Shown: positions 41,799-51,712, counted from the stretch's first letter. The stretch: 64,000 bases of DNA from Microcoleus sp. (GCA_042408215.1 JAYFMW010000017.1:352001-416000), one strand, 5' to 3'. Numbers and translations are program-made. Notes: generated by a model not told the origin, from the letters alone.

Positions 41799-42243
41799 AG
41801 CCCCGTCCTTCTAGGACGGCTTTAATTATCTAAATTTCCGGTTCAAGGTTTCCGAAAATTAATTGAACAGTATGGTACAATAGAGTAATACTACAGGTAG
41901 AATAACCGCCGATAAACAGTGCGCACCAAGCTCAAACGACTGGTCGGGAAATAATAATGGTTAGTGGGTGGCGAACACCACGAAAAACATAGCTAGGGTA
42001 ACTAACGTAACCCAGACCAGAAAACTAAAATCTTGAATATTAAACGTACCGTGGGGCACAGGGAAACAAGAGAGGAAACTCTCTATCGCTTGGGGAGATC
42101 AGCCCTCTGGGATTGTCTAAGTTAGGCTCGAAACTTAGTTCTATTGAACGGGTTTTTGGTTTAAGTAATGCCGAAAGGATAGGCAATTTAAAGGTGTATC
42201 GGTGAACCAAGAATCCCCGCGCATTCATGCCGGGGAGTGTCAA
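41782..42243 (+). mobile_element. IS605/TnpB-derived MITE retaining both ends and an omegaRNA-like segment
   Basis: Follows TTAC. Left end caaaaacatgggtctaaagccccgtccttctaggacggcttt; 3' part accgtggggcac...cgcttggggaga...gaaccaagaatccccg...cggggagtgtcaa; no long ORF. Confidence 0.88.
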
Positions 42244-42337
42244 CTAGCATTGATTAAGGCTCAGACGGTGTTGCAAAGGTAGGGACACGGCATTGCCGTG
42301 TCCCTGTTATGAAACACGGTAGGGACATGGCATTGCC

Positions 42338-42557
42338 CATTGGTGTCAACTTAAGCCTGGAACCCTTGATAAATATCGCTTTTACCTGAGTCTAGATCCC
42401 CCTAAATCCCCCTTAAGAAGGGGAGTAGGGGGTGACTTTGATCCATTTCCTGTCCCCCCCTTGCTAAGGGGGAGTAGGGGGCAAGCTAAGGGGGGATCGA
42501 AGTTTAATAGTTAAACAACAGTCTCTGACTGGGTTTGAAGTTAAGTTGACACCAATG
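42338..42557. mobile_element. CATTGGTGTCAAC MITE in a REP-like palindrome
   Basis: Terminal repeats cattggtgtcaacttaa / ttaagttgacaccaatg after gtagggacatggcattgcc. Confidence 0.85.
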
Positions 42558-42625
42558 GGCTCCTGGAGTGTCCCTAGGAGGATTGAACGATCGGCCCAAA
42601 TCCCAAATCCCAAATCCCAAATCTC

Positions 42626-43005
42626 ATGACAGACAGACGAATTCTCGTAGTTGATGATGAAGAACACCTCCGGGAAGTGGTGCAGGCGTGCCTAGAAGAT
42701 TTAGGGGGATGGGAAACACTGGTGGCAGCTTCGGGAGAGGAGTGTCAAAAATTCTCCAAACAGAACAACCATCAGCCATTTTGCTGGATGTATCAATGCC
42801 GGGAATGGATGGGATTGTCGTGTACGATCGCCTCCAGTCCGATCCCATCACCCGATCGATTCCGGTGATTCTGCTGACAGCGAAAGTGTTGCCGGGCGAT
42901 CGGGCCAAATTTGCCAAAATGGGCGTTGCTGGGGTAATTTCCAAACCAATCCAACCCATCACCCTGACGGAAGAAGTGGCAGAAATTTTGGGATGGGTTG
43001 AATAA
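42626..43005 (+). pseudogene. Single-domain CheY-like response regulator, frameshifted
   Basis: ILVVDDE... in one frame and LLDVSMP...LLTAK...SKP in another; the shift is at the A run 42747-42751. Near-identical to 45249-45626. Confidence 0.82.
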
Positions 43006-43124
43006 CTTTCAGGATTTTTGTTAAGTTTTGTAACGAATACTAAATCTTTACAAATTCCTTACCGTTGCTATCTAGCCTCTAGTTATGCAGCTAAAAGCTC
43101 TTTGGATAGTAGGAGCAAGACTAA

Positions 43125-43544
43125 ATGAATGCTTTTCACGGATGGAATGATGTCAGCCTGGGTCTCGAAAATTCATTTTCCAGTTCACTCGATGGTTGTC
43201 AGCAATCGACACTGCCGATCGCAGCCATTAAAATTCATGACCTAGGGGCAAAATTTGTCCTGAAAGTTCGCATTTATGACATTCATTTTGTCAAATTGAA
43301 TCTCAAAATCACACCGGAAACTGTTTTAATCCAAGGTCAACCTACGGAAGCGATGGTAGTCGAAGGTTATTTCCGTCCTCGTGGATTTGAAAGTCTCATC
43401 CTGTTGCCCCACCCCGTACAACCTGAAACCGGTAAGGCCCAAATACTGCCGGATGGTTTGACAATTGAGCTTGCTAAAGAGTTGAGATTTCAGCCATCCC
43501 AAGTTCTGATTCAACTCCCAACTGCAAATTTGAGCGATTACTAA
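43125..43544 (+). CDS. Divergent Hsp20/alpha-crystallin-like protein
   Basis: KITPETVLIQG, FESLILLPHPVQPE and DGLTIELAK resemble the alpha-crystallin core; AGGAG RBS. Confidence 0.6.
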   Translation: MNAFHGWNDVSLGLENSFSSSLDGCQQSTLPIAAIKIHDLGAKFVLKVRIYDIHFVKLNLKITPETVLIQGQPTEAMVVEGYFRPRGFESLILLPHPVQPETGKAQILPDGLTIELAKELRFQPSQVLIQLPTANLSDY

Positions 43545-43606
43545 AAGATGTACACACAAAACTAAATTAGCAACCGAAAAATAGATTGTTGATCGACCTA
43601 AATAAA

Positions 43607-43850
43607 GTCAACCACCCACCACTAATCGGAGTACCGATCTAGTGGGGGCAAGAAATTCGCCAAGTTGACCAGTCTGAGTGGTTCGCCCACTACGTTTAAG
43701 GTAAGCGTTAAAGTACCTACCAGAAAATGCGTGCTAGTTTTCTGCTCTAGAAATTAAAAGTTAAACAGGTGTAAGGGTTAAGCCAGTGCTTTTAATATAG
43801 TTACCGACCTTAAACATTGACGAAGCAAACATTACCCCGTAAGGGAGGAC
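43607..43850 (+). ncRNA. IscB omegaRNA (HEARO-like) scaffold
   Basis: Typical HEARO blocks gtcaac...gttgaccag, ctacgtt, tgc..ctag...gctct, gttaaacagg...ccagtg and aacattgacgaagc.aacattacc, directly upstream of iscB. Confidence 0.85.
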
Positions 43851-43854
43851 TTAA

Positions 43855-45122
43855 ATGTCTAATTTTGTTTTTGTACTTGATACCAGAAAACAACCGCTCA
43901 ATCCAATCCGGGATTGGCTCGTAAGTTGTTAAACAATGGCAAAGCTGCTGTTTTAAAAAGGTATCCGTTCACGCTAATTCTGAAAGTAGAGGTGACAGCA
44001 ACCCAAAAATCAATCACTCTTAAAATAGACCCGGGTTCTCGAACCAGTGGAATCGCATTAGTACAAGGAGAGGACGTAATTTTTTGTGCTGAATTAACCC
44101 ATCGGGGTCAAACAATTAAATCGTCTTTAGAATCTCGTCGCTCATTGCGTCGGAATCGGATAAATCGTCATACTCGCTATCGTCAAGGGAGGTTCCTAAA
44201 TAGGGATCGCCCTAAAGGGTGGCTGGCTCCCAGCTTGCAACATCGTGTCGAAACAACCCTAACCTGGGTAACTAAATTGATGAAGCTCGCCCCCATTGCC
44301 TCGATTGTTCAAGAACTTGTACGGTTCGACTTACAACAATTAGAAAACCCAGAAATTTCGGGAATCGAGTACCAGCAAGGCGTTTTGTGTGGCTATGAGG
44401 TTCGGGAATACTTGCTCAACAAGTGGGATAGAAAGTGTGCTTACTGTGGTGTTACAAATACACCATTACAAGTCGAACATATTCATCCTAAAGCTAAGGG
44501 TGGTTCTAATCGCATTTCTAATCTTTGCCTTGCTTGTGAAAGATGCAATAAAAAGAAAGGTACTCAAGGTATTGAGCAATTCTTAGTCAAGAAACCAGAC
44601 GTTCTGAAGCGCATTCTTGCACAAGCTAAACGTCCTCTCAAGGATGCAGCAGCCGTCTACTCTACCAGATGGGCATTGTTCAATCGCCTTAAAGAAACGG
44701 GATTGCCTGTTTCGACTGGTTCGGGTGGATTAACTAAGTTCAACCGTACTCGATTGAAACTACCTAAAACCCATTGGCTTGATGCAGCTTGTGTTGGTCA
44801 AGTTGAGGAATTGTCCGTGTTAACAAACAAGCCGTTGTTGATTAAGGCGACGGGACACGGTACTCGACAAATGTGTCGCACGGACAACTTTGGATTTCCA
44901 TCTCGCTATGTTCCCAGGTTTAAATTTGTCAAAGGTTTTCAAACGGGAGATATCGTTAAAGCGATTGTAACCTCCGGCAAAAAAATTGGTAAATACGTTG
45001 GACGTGTTGCCGTTAGAACCAGTGGTTCATTCAATATTTCCGCATCCGAATTGGTGTCAGGAATTAGTCACAAATATTGTTCAGTTATTCACAGAAAGGA
45101 TGGTTATTCGTATGCAGTATAA
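43855..45122 (+). pseudogene. iscB: RNA-guided endonuclease IscB with frameshift in the N-terminal PLMP domain
   Basis: ATG 43855 MSNFVFVLDTRKQPLNPI shifts frame before LARKLL. RuvC-I KIDPGS, Arg-rich helix, ELVRFD, HNH CAYC..EHIHP..CERCN and THWLDAAC. Confidence 0.88.
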
Positions 45123-45248
45123 ACCTTGCCCCCCTTTTCCTCTCGCCACTGACCAGGGTACAGGTACAGTGGGAGTCTCCAAGGGGGAAGACAGATGAAC
45201 GCTTTGCAAGTAGCTAATTGTTATGGGACTCTCCCGCGTGAACACAAG

Positions 45249-45626
45249 ATGATAGGCCGGCAGATTCTCGTAGTTGATGATGAAGAACATCTCCTGGAAC
45301 TGGTACAGGTGTGCCTGGAAGACCTCGCGGGATGGGACACCCTGGTGGCCGCATCAGGAAAAGAATGTTTACAAATCCTAGAAACAGAACGACCTAATGC
45401 GATTTTGCTGGATGTATCAATGCCGGGAATGGATGGGATTGCCGTGTACGAGCGCCTCCAGTCCGATCCCATCACCCGATCGATTCCGGTGATTCTGCTA
45501 ACCGCGAGGGTGTTGTCGAGCGATCGGGCCAAATTTGCCCAAATGGGCGTTGCTGGGATAATTCCCAAACCATTCCAACCCATCACCCTGACGGAAGAAG
45601 TCGCCGAGATTTTGGGATGGGATTAA
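45249..45626 (+). CDS. Single-domain CheY-like response regulator
   Basis: ILVVDDE, LLDVSMP, LLTA and IPKP. Confidence 0.9.
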   Translation: MIGRQILVVDDEEHLLELVQVCLEDLAGWDTLVAASGKECLQILETERPNAILLDVSMPGMDGIAVYERLQSDPITRSIPVILLTARVLSSDRAKFAQMGVAGIIPKPFQPITLTEEVAEILGWD

Positions 45627-45630
45627 TTAC

Positions 45631-45663
45631 CAAAAACATGGGTCTAAAGCCCCGTCCTTCTAG
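45631..45663 (+). mobile_element. Isolated IS605 left-end fragment
   Basis: ttac|caaaaacatgggtctaaagccccgtccttctag is identical to the start of 41782. It is cut off by the REP-like palindrome at 45666-45729. Confidence 0.8.
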
Positions 45664-45898
45664 TAGTAGGGTGCGTCAGGCTAAAACCCTTGTAGCTCTT
45701 CAGTGATGCTTGAGTGCTGACGCACCTACAATACTATTTTTACGAAATATTAAAATTCGTATCAATTCCTTAACAACCTTGTATTTTTTACCAAATCTTT
45801 ATTTTTGACCTCTACAGTCGTGCAATTGGTGCTTCAAGCCAGCTTACAGCACTGTACAACAAGAGCGAAATACACTTTCTTTTTTAATAGAGGTTTTT

Positions 45899-46090
45899 AT
45901 GGCACACTGCCCCTGCTGCTCGAATCCCATGCTCCGTCACTTTGGCCAAAATCAAGTATACTGGTTTTGTCGTCGGTGCTGGCAAGCAGTGCCTGTTAAA
46001 AATCTTAACAGCTATGGTTCATTGCTATCTACAAATTTAGTTACAGAGCTAGGGATCAAGAAACACAATTCTTCATTAGCAATAATTTAA
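45899..46090 (+). CDS. Small Cys-rich zinc-ribbon-like protein
   Basis: CPCC...YWFCRRCWQ; AGAGG RBS. Confidence 0.7.
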   Translation: MAHCPCCSNPMLRHFGQNQVYWFCRRCWQAVPVKNLNSYGSLLSTNLVTELGIKKHNSSLAII

Positions 46091-46234
46091 CTGTTCAATT
46101 TAGGGTTTGCGAAAGTTTAGATTTCGTCTGGTTATTGACTGTTTTTCAAACTAAAAACTTGGCTCTATTGAATCATTAAATTACAAAACCTAGCCCATAA
46201 ATCCAAGACATTTTATGAATACCTGGATCGATTT

Positions 46235-49200
46235 ATGGCTATCGCCCAACTCAACTCATTTAGAACCTTATGCCAAACACTCATTAAAAGACTGCTACCT
46301 CTCCTGCTTAGTGTGTTGGCTTCTGTTGCTGTTTTACTGATGTGGCAACAGTTAACAATCAACGAAGAACTTCACATCGAACAGTTAATTCAGCAAGAAG
46401 CCAATGCGATCGAGCTACAACTGAGCAAAGAACTGTCAAGCCGGATGCTGACACTTCAGCAAATGGCAAATCGCTGGCAAGTGAGTGGTGGTACTGCAAG
46501 GGATCTTTGGGAAGCCGATGCTGCCGCCTATATCAAGAATTTCTATGGTTATCAGGCGATCGAGTGGGTAGATCCATCTTTTAAAGTCCGGTGGGTTGTG
46601 CCACTGGCGGGAAATGAGGCAGCACAAAACTTAGATTTGAGTCGAGAACCCCGTCGCCAAATCGCTTTGCAGGTGGCTCGCGATTTGCGCGAAATTGTCC
46701 TAACACACAATATTTCACTCCCTCAAATGGGTAAAGGATTTCTCGCAATTTTTCCTTTATTTGTGGGCGATCGCTTTGATGGGTTTATTGTCGGAGTCTT
46801 TCAGTTTCAAACTCTATTTGACAGTATCTTAAAAGTGCCACCAGGGTACAAAGTGGCTATCTACGATCGCACAGAATTGATCTATGGTGAGAATCTCCCA
46901 TCTCAACCTTCACTACAGAAAACGGTTGTAGTTATAGCCTATAATGCAGACTGGCGGGTAGAGGTTTTCCCCACTCCAGAATTAATAGCAAAAGTGAAAT
47001 CTTCTTTACCCATCGTTGTGCTAATTGGCGGCTTAGTTTTAGTTTTGCTCTTTGGATTAGTCGTGTATCTGGTACAAGTAAGTTATCGCCAAATTCACGA
47101 AGTTAAGAAAGCGAATCATCAGTTGCAATGGGAAATTCACCAGCGACAACAGGTAGAAATTGAGAACGCTAGACTAGCTGCGATCGTTGAAACTTCGGAA
47201 GATGCCATTATCAGCAAAGATTTAGAGGGTTTAGTTACAAGCTGGAATTTAGGGGCCGAGCGAATTTTTGGTTACACGGAAATCGAAATGGTCGGACAAT
47301 CCGGGACAAAACTGATTCCAGCAGACGATCGAGAGCAGGAAAACCAAATTCTCAGTCGAATTTATCAAGGAGAACGGATCGAACACTACGATACAAAACG
47401 ACTGCGGAAAGATGGCACCTTAATTGATGTCTCCATGAGTGTTTCCCCCATTAAAGACGAGACAGGGAATGTGATTGGAGCCTCAAAGATTGCCCGAAAT
47501 ATCGCTGAACGCAAGCAAGCAGAAGCAGCGCTACGTCAAAGTGAAGAACGCTGGGAACTAGCGGTAAGCGGGAATAATGACGGCATTTGGGATTGGAATG
47601 TTCAAACGAATGAAGTCTTCTTCTCTAGTCGTTGGAAGGAGATGCTGGGCTATGAAGATCATGAAATTCAAAACACTGTAGATGAATGGGCTAAGCGGAT
47701 ACATCCCGATGATTTGGAATGGGTGAGCCAAGCCGTTCAAGACCATTTTGCGAAGAAATCTCCCTTCTATCTCACAGAACATCGCGCTTGCTGCAAAGAT
47801 GGTTCCTACAAATGGATTCTCGATCGCGGTCAGGCACTTTGGGATGATGCAGGTAATGTAATTCGGATGGCTGGTTCTCACACCGACATTACTGAGCGTA
47901 AGCAATCTGAAGTTGCTTTACAGGAAAGCGAAGCCAGATATCGGCAACTAATCGATAACTTAAATGCTGGTTTTGTGATTCACGCGACAGATACCAGCAT
48001 CCTATTATGCAATGCCACAGCCTGTGAATTATTAGGGCTTTCGATGGATCAAATGCTCGGAAAAACTGCGATCGATCCGACATGGCATTTCCAGCGTGAA
48101 GATGGAACCGTGATGCCGATCGAGGAATATCCAGCCCATCGGGTTTTATCCACTGGGATGCCCATTAAAAATTATGTTTTAGGAATCAAAAGAGCAACTT
48201 CTTCTTTAGTTTGGGTATTAGTTAATGCTTATCCAGAATTCGATATAAACGGTCAACTCAAACAAATTGCAATTACGTTTATTAATATCAGCAAGCGCAA
48301 AAAAGCTGAAGAAGAAATCCAACAAACTCGCAATTTCTTACAAGCACTGCTGGATAATCTACCTGTAGCAATTTTTGTCAAGGATGGACATCCTGAAAAA
48401 TTTGGCGTATTTCAGTTTTGGAATAAAACCAGCGAACAGTTATTTGGGATTTCAGCAGAACAGGCGATCGGCAAAACTGACTATGACTTTTTCCCAATAG
48501 AACAAGCAAAATATTTCTACGAAAAGGATCGAGAAATCTTTGTCAAGGGCAGTGTCGAGGATATTCTGGAAGAACTCGTCGATAGTCATAGTCTGGGTAA
48601 ACGTTGGCTGCATACCGTGAAGGTTCCCATTTACGACGAGCAGAATCAGCCCCATTATCTACTTGGTTTTTCCGAAGATATCACCGATCGCAAACAAGCA
48701 GAAGCGGAACTGCGAGAAATGAGTGATGTGATGAAAAATGCGGTGTCGGGCATTTCCAAACTAGACACCCAAGGACATTACCTCTATGTCAATAAAGCCT
48801 ATGCTGACGTGACAGGCTATCAGCCAGAAGAAATGATTGGGATGCCCTGGGTAAATACCGTACATCCCGATGAATTGGAAAAACTGATTGCCGCCTATTG
48901 GCAGATGGTAGAAGAGGGCAGAGTTGAAGTTGAAACCAAAGGGGTTCGTAAAGACGGTTCGGTGTTTTATAAACAATTGGTGATGATTTCAACTTACGAT
49001 GAACAGCACCAATTTCTGGGGCATTACTGCTTTATGAAAGATATTAGCGATCGCAAACAAGCCGAAATTGCACTGGAAAAAGAGTTATTGCGGACTAAAA
49101 CGTTCTTCAACACTTCAATGGACGGTGTTGTGATTATGGATCGGCTGGGAAAAGTGGTCGAAGCCAGCCCCAGTTTTGCTCGAATGCTGGGCTACACCCT

Positions 49201-51712
49201 AGAAGGAATCGTGAATCTGAGTGTCTTTGATTGGGATGCTAAATGGACTAAGGAAGAACTACAGAGCATCCTCGAAATGGAAGATATTATGCCTCTGTTT
49301 GAAACGCAACATCGCCGTAAGGATGGTTCCGTATATGATGTGGAAATTAGCTTTAATCGGGTAGAATTAGACGGTGAAACGATGAACTTATGTATCTGCC
49401 GGGATATTAGCGAACGGAAACGCAACGAAGCCGATCGCCAACAAGCCGAAATCGACTTACAAATCTCTCAAGCGCGATTTGCCGGAATTTTAGAAATTGC
49501 CAGCGATGCGATTATTTCTATCAATAGTAATCAGCAAATCACTCTGTTTAACAAAGGAGCCGAAAAAATTTTTGGTTACGCGGCTGAGGAAGTTTTAGGA
49601 CAACCCCTGACGCTGTTGATGCCCTCGCGCCTTGCCAAGGCTCACGAGCATTGCGTCAGCCAGTATGCCCTGAACGAAGGCGAAGCGCGGCAAATGGCAC
49701 AGCGAGGAGCCATTTTTGGTCGGCGAAAAGATGGTACAGAGTTTCCAGCAGAAGCTTCTATTTCCAAGCTCGATCTCAACGGAGAGATTGTCTTTACCAC
49801 CTTTCTTCGCGACATCAGCGATCGCAAACAGGCAGAAGAATCTCTGCGGTATCAGAAGGAGATGTTTCAGGCGATCGTCGATAATATCCCAGTGATGATT
49901 GCTTTGTTTGACGGGCTGGGTCAAATTGAATTGATCAACCCGGAATTAGAAAAAATTTTAGGTTGGCCCCTAGAAGATTGGCAGCAAAAAGATATCTTAG
50001 CTGAGTGTTATCCTGACCCTGTTGATTATCAAAGTGTCCTGGACTTTATGTTATCAGCAACCGGCAAGTGGCAGGATATGAAAACACTGACCGCCACCGG
50101 ACAGCAATTAGAGACATCTTGGGCCAATGTGCGGCTTTCTGACGGGCATTTTTTGGGCATTGGCCAGGATATTAGCGATCGCAAACAAAAAGAACTAGCA
50201 CTGCGAAACGCGATGGAAGCTGCTGAAGCAGCGAACTTGGCGAAAAGTATCTTCCTCGCCAATATGAGCCACGAACTCCGCACGCCCCTCAACGTGATTC
50301 TGGGATTTACCCAGGTGATGGGCCATGACCCCTCTCTAACTCCCAACCAGCTAGAAGACCTACAAACGATTCGGCGCAGTGGCGATCACCTATTGAGTTT
50401 GATTAACGATGTGTTGGATCTCTCCAAAATTGAATCGGGACACTGCACGATTGAAGAGAGTGGCTTTGACTTGATTGCACTGCTACATTCCCTACGAAAT
50501 ATGTTAGCAGAAAGAGCCAGTTCTAAAGGGCTTGACCTTTGTTTCGAGATTGCGCCAGAAGTTCCCCAATTTATTCTTGCCGATCCTCAAAAACTGCGTC
50601 AAGTTTTGATCAATCTTCTGAGTAATGCGATTAAATTTACCGATCGGGGAAGCATTACTTTGCGCGTCAGCGTTGATGCTCCCGTTACAGAGGCCGCACG
50701 CAAAACTGGGCTGATTCTCCATTGTGCAGTTATTGACACGGGTGTAGGGATTGCGCCGGACGAACTTCATACCATCTTCGATGCGTTTGTGCAAGCCCAA
50801 GCAGGGAAGCGATCGGTGAGTGGGACGGGGCTAGGTCTGACCATTAGCCGCAAACTCTTAGAACTCATGGGCGGAGAAATTTCTGTTAGGAGTATCCTGG
50901 GAGAAGGGAGTACATTCACCTTTACCCTTCCCGTCATTCCCACCAATGGAGTTAATCTCACAACTGAACAGAACGATCGCCTGGTGATTGGGCTGGCTGC
51001 CGATCAACCCCATCATCGCATTTTGGTAGTTGACGATCGGGCCGAAAATCGCCTGCTGATGGTCAGATTACTGGCTCAGTTAGGGCTAGAGGTACGGGAG
51101 GCCAGCAACGGACTGGAAGCAGTGAAAATATGGCGAGAATGGCTTCCTGACCTCACCTGGATGGACATCAGAATGCCCCTGCTAGATGGATACGAAGCCA
51201 CAAAGCAAATTCGGGCAATGGAAGCCGGACAAACCAGTATCATTATTGCGCTCACCGCCCAGGCTTCTCAGAGCGATCGTACCCTCGCCCTCGCTGCTGG
51301 CTGCAACGACTACATCAGCAAACCCTTCCGAGAACAGACCCTATTTCTGAAGATGGCACAATATCTCGGCTTAGAGTATGTCTATCAGGAACAGGGAACA
51401 GAGAACGGGGAACAGGGAACAGATCGTTTTCCTTCTGATCCTTCCTCTGTCACCTCTCCCGGTTCACATTCCCTCGATCCAACGCTGCTGGCGACATTAC
51501 CAGAAGCAGTGCTGGCTGAATTGGAGGATGCTGCTGTGTGTGGGAACGATGGTGAGATTGCAGAACTAGCGACTCAATTTCCTCCTGAATTGGCCGGACT
51601 CGGTACTCGTCTAACTGAACTCGCTAACCAGTATCAATTTGAGCAAATTCTTAAGCTAATTCATGGCAATTCCGCAACCAGAATTTATGAATCGGATGCG
51701 TACAATTTTTAA
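46235..51712 (+). CDS. CHASE-like + multi-PAS hybrid histidine kinase
   Basis: Two TM helices around an extracytoplasmic domain, about eight PAS/PAC repeats (DI(T/S)(E/D)RK), MSHELRTPL, GTGLGL and REC (WMDIRMP). Confidence 0.92.
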   Translation: MAIAQLNSFRTLCQTLIKRLLPLLLSVLASVAVLLMWQQLTINEELHIEQLIQQEANAIELQLSKELSSRMLTLQQMANRWQVSGGTARDLWEADAAAYIKNFYGYQAIEWVDPSFKVRWVVPLAGNEAAQNLDLSREPRRQIALQVARDLREIVLTHNISLPQMGKGFLAIFPLFVGDRFDGFIVGVFQFQTLFDSILKVPPGYKVAIYDRTELIYGENLPSQPSLQKTVVVIAYNADWRVEVFPTPELIAKVKSSLPIVVLIGGLVLVLLFGLVVYLVQVSYRQIHEVKKANHQLQWEIHQRQQVEIENARLAAIVETSEDAIISKDLEGLVTSWNLGAERIFGYTEIEMVGQSGTKLIPADDREQENQILSRIYQGERIEHYDTKRLRKDGTLIDVSMSVSPIKDETGNVIGASKIARNIAERKQAEAALRQSEERWELAVSGNNDGIWDWNVQTNEVFFSSRWKEMLGYEDHEIQNTVDEWAKRIHPDDLEWVSQAVQDHFAKKSPFYLTEHRACCKDGSYKWILDRGQALWDDAGNVIRMAGSHTDITERKQSEVALQESEARYRQLIDNLNAGFVIHATDTSILLCNATACELLGLSMDQMLGKTAIDPTWHFQREDGTVMPIEEYPAHRVLSTGMPIKNYVLGIKRATSSLVWVLVNAYPEFDINGQLKQIAITFINISKRKKAEEEIQQTRNFLQALLDNLPVAIFVKDGHPEKFGVFQFWNKTSEQLFGISAEQAIGKTDYDFFPIEQAKYFYEKDREIFVKGSVEDILEELVDSHSLGKRWLHTVKVPIYDEQNQPHYLLGFSEDITDRKQAEAELREMSDVMKNAVSGISKLDTQGHYLYVNKAYADVTGYQPEEMIGMPWVNTVHPDELEKLIAAYWQMVEEGRVEVETKGVRKDGSVFYKQLVMISTYDEQHQFLGHYCFMKDISDRKQAEIALEKELLRTKTFFNTSMDGVVIMDRLGKVVEASPSFARMLGYTLEGIVNLSVFDWDAKWTKEELQSILEMEDIMPLFETQHRRKDGSVYDVEISFNRVELDGETMNLCICRDISERKRNEADRQQAEIDLQISQARFAGILEIASDAIISINSNQQITLFNKGAEKIFGYAAEEVLGQPLTLLMPSRLAKAHEHCVSQYALNEGEARQMAQRGAIFGRRKDGTEFPAEASISKLDLNGEIVFTTFLRDISDRKQAEESLRYQKEMFQAIVDNIPVMIALFDGLGQIELINPELEKILGWPLEDWQQKDILAECYPDPVDYQSVLDFMLSATGKWQDMKTLTATGQQLETSWANVRLSDGHFLGIGQDISDRKQKELALRNAMEAAEAANLAKSIFLANMSHELRTPLNVILGFTQVMGHDPSLTPNQLEDLQTIRRSGDHLLSLINDVLDLSKIESGHCTIEESGFDLIALLHSLRNMLAERASSKGLDLCFEIAPEVPQFILADPQKLRQVLINLLSNAIKFTDRGSITLRVSVDAPVTEAARKTGLILHCAVIDTGVGIAPDELHTIFDAFVQAQAGKRSVSGTGLGLTISRKLLELMGGEISVRSILGEGSTFTFTLPVIPTNGVNLTTEQNDRLVIGLAADQPHHRILVVDDRAENRLLMVRLLAQLGLEVREASNGLEAVKIWREWLPDLTWMDIRMPLLDGYEATKQIRAMEAGQTSIIIALTAQASQSDRTLALAAGCNDYISKPFREQTLFLKMAQYLGLEYVYQEQGTENGEQGTDRFPSDPSSVTSPGSHSLDPTLLATLPEAVLAELEDAAVCGNDGEIAELATQFPPELAGLGTRLTELANQYQFEQILKLIHGNSATRIYESDAYNF

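Larger units (their letters stand above)
43607..45194 (+). mobile_element. IscB-encoding IS200/IS605-family (ISC) element
   Basis: Starts gtcaacca with a ccact..agtgg hairpin. Matching right-end hairpin ccactg...cagtgg at ~45146-45172, followed by ATGA at 45195. Confidence 0.8.

Noticed and set aside
9183..43606. Guides of the TnpB, MITE or IscB elements targeting other genes in the window
   Set aside because: No second matches were noticed by eye. Guides appear to be simply the flanks of their own insertion sites; a genome-wide search is still needed.
43914..45122. Cas9 or an intact iscB starting at TTG 43914
   Set aside because: Too small for Cas9, with no REC lobe or CRISPR array. The PLMP N-terminus with its RBS lies upstream in another frame.
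36188..45626. Naming the cluster rcaC/rcaE/rcaF or ccaS/ccaR
   Set aside because: The architecture is similar, but the GAF motifs are not the green/red RcaE/CcaS type and no phycobiliprotein genes are adjacent; orthology cannot be shown by eye.
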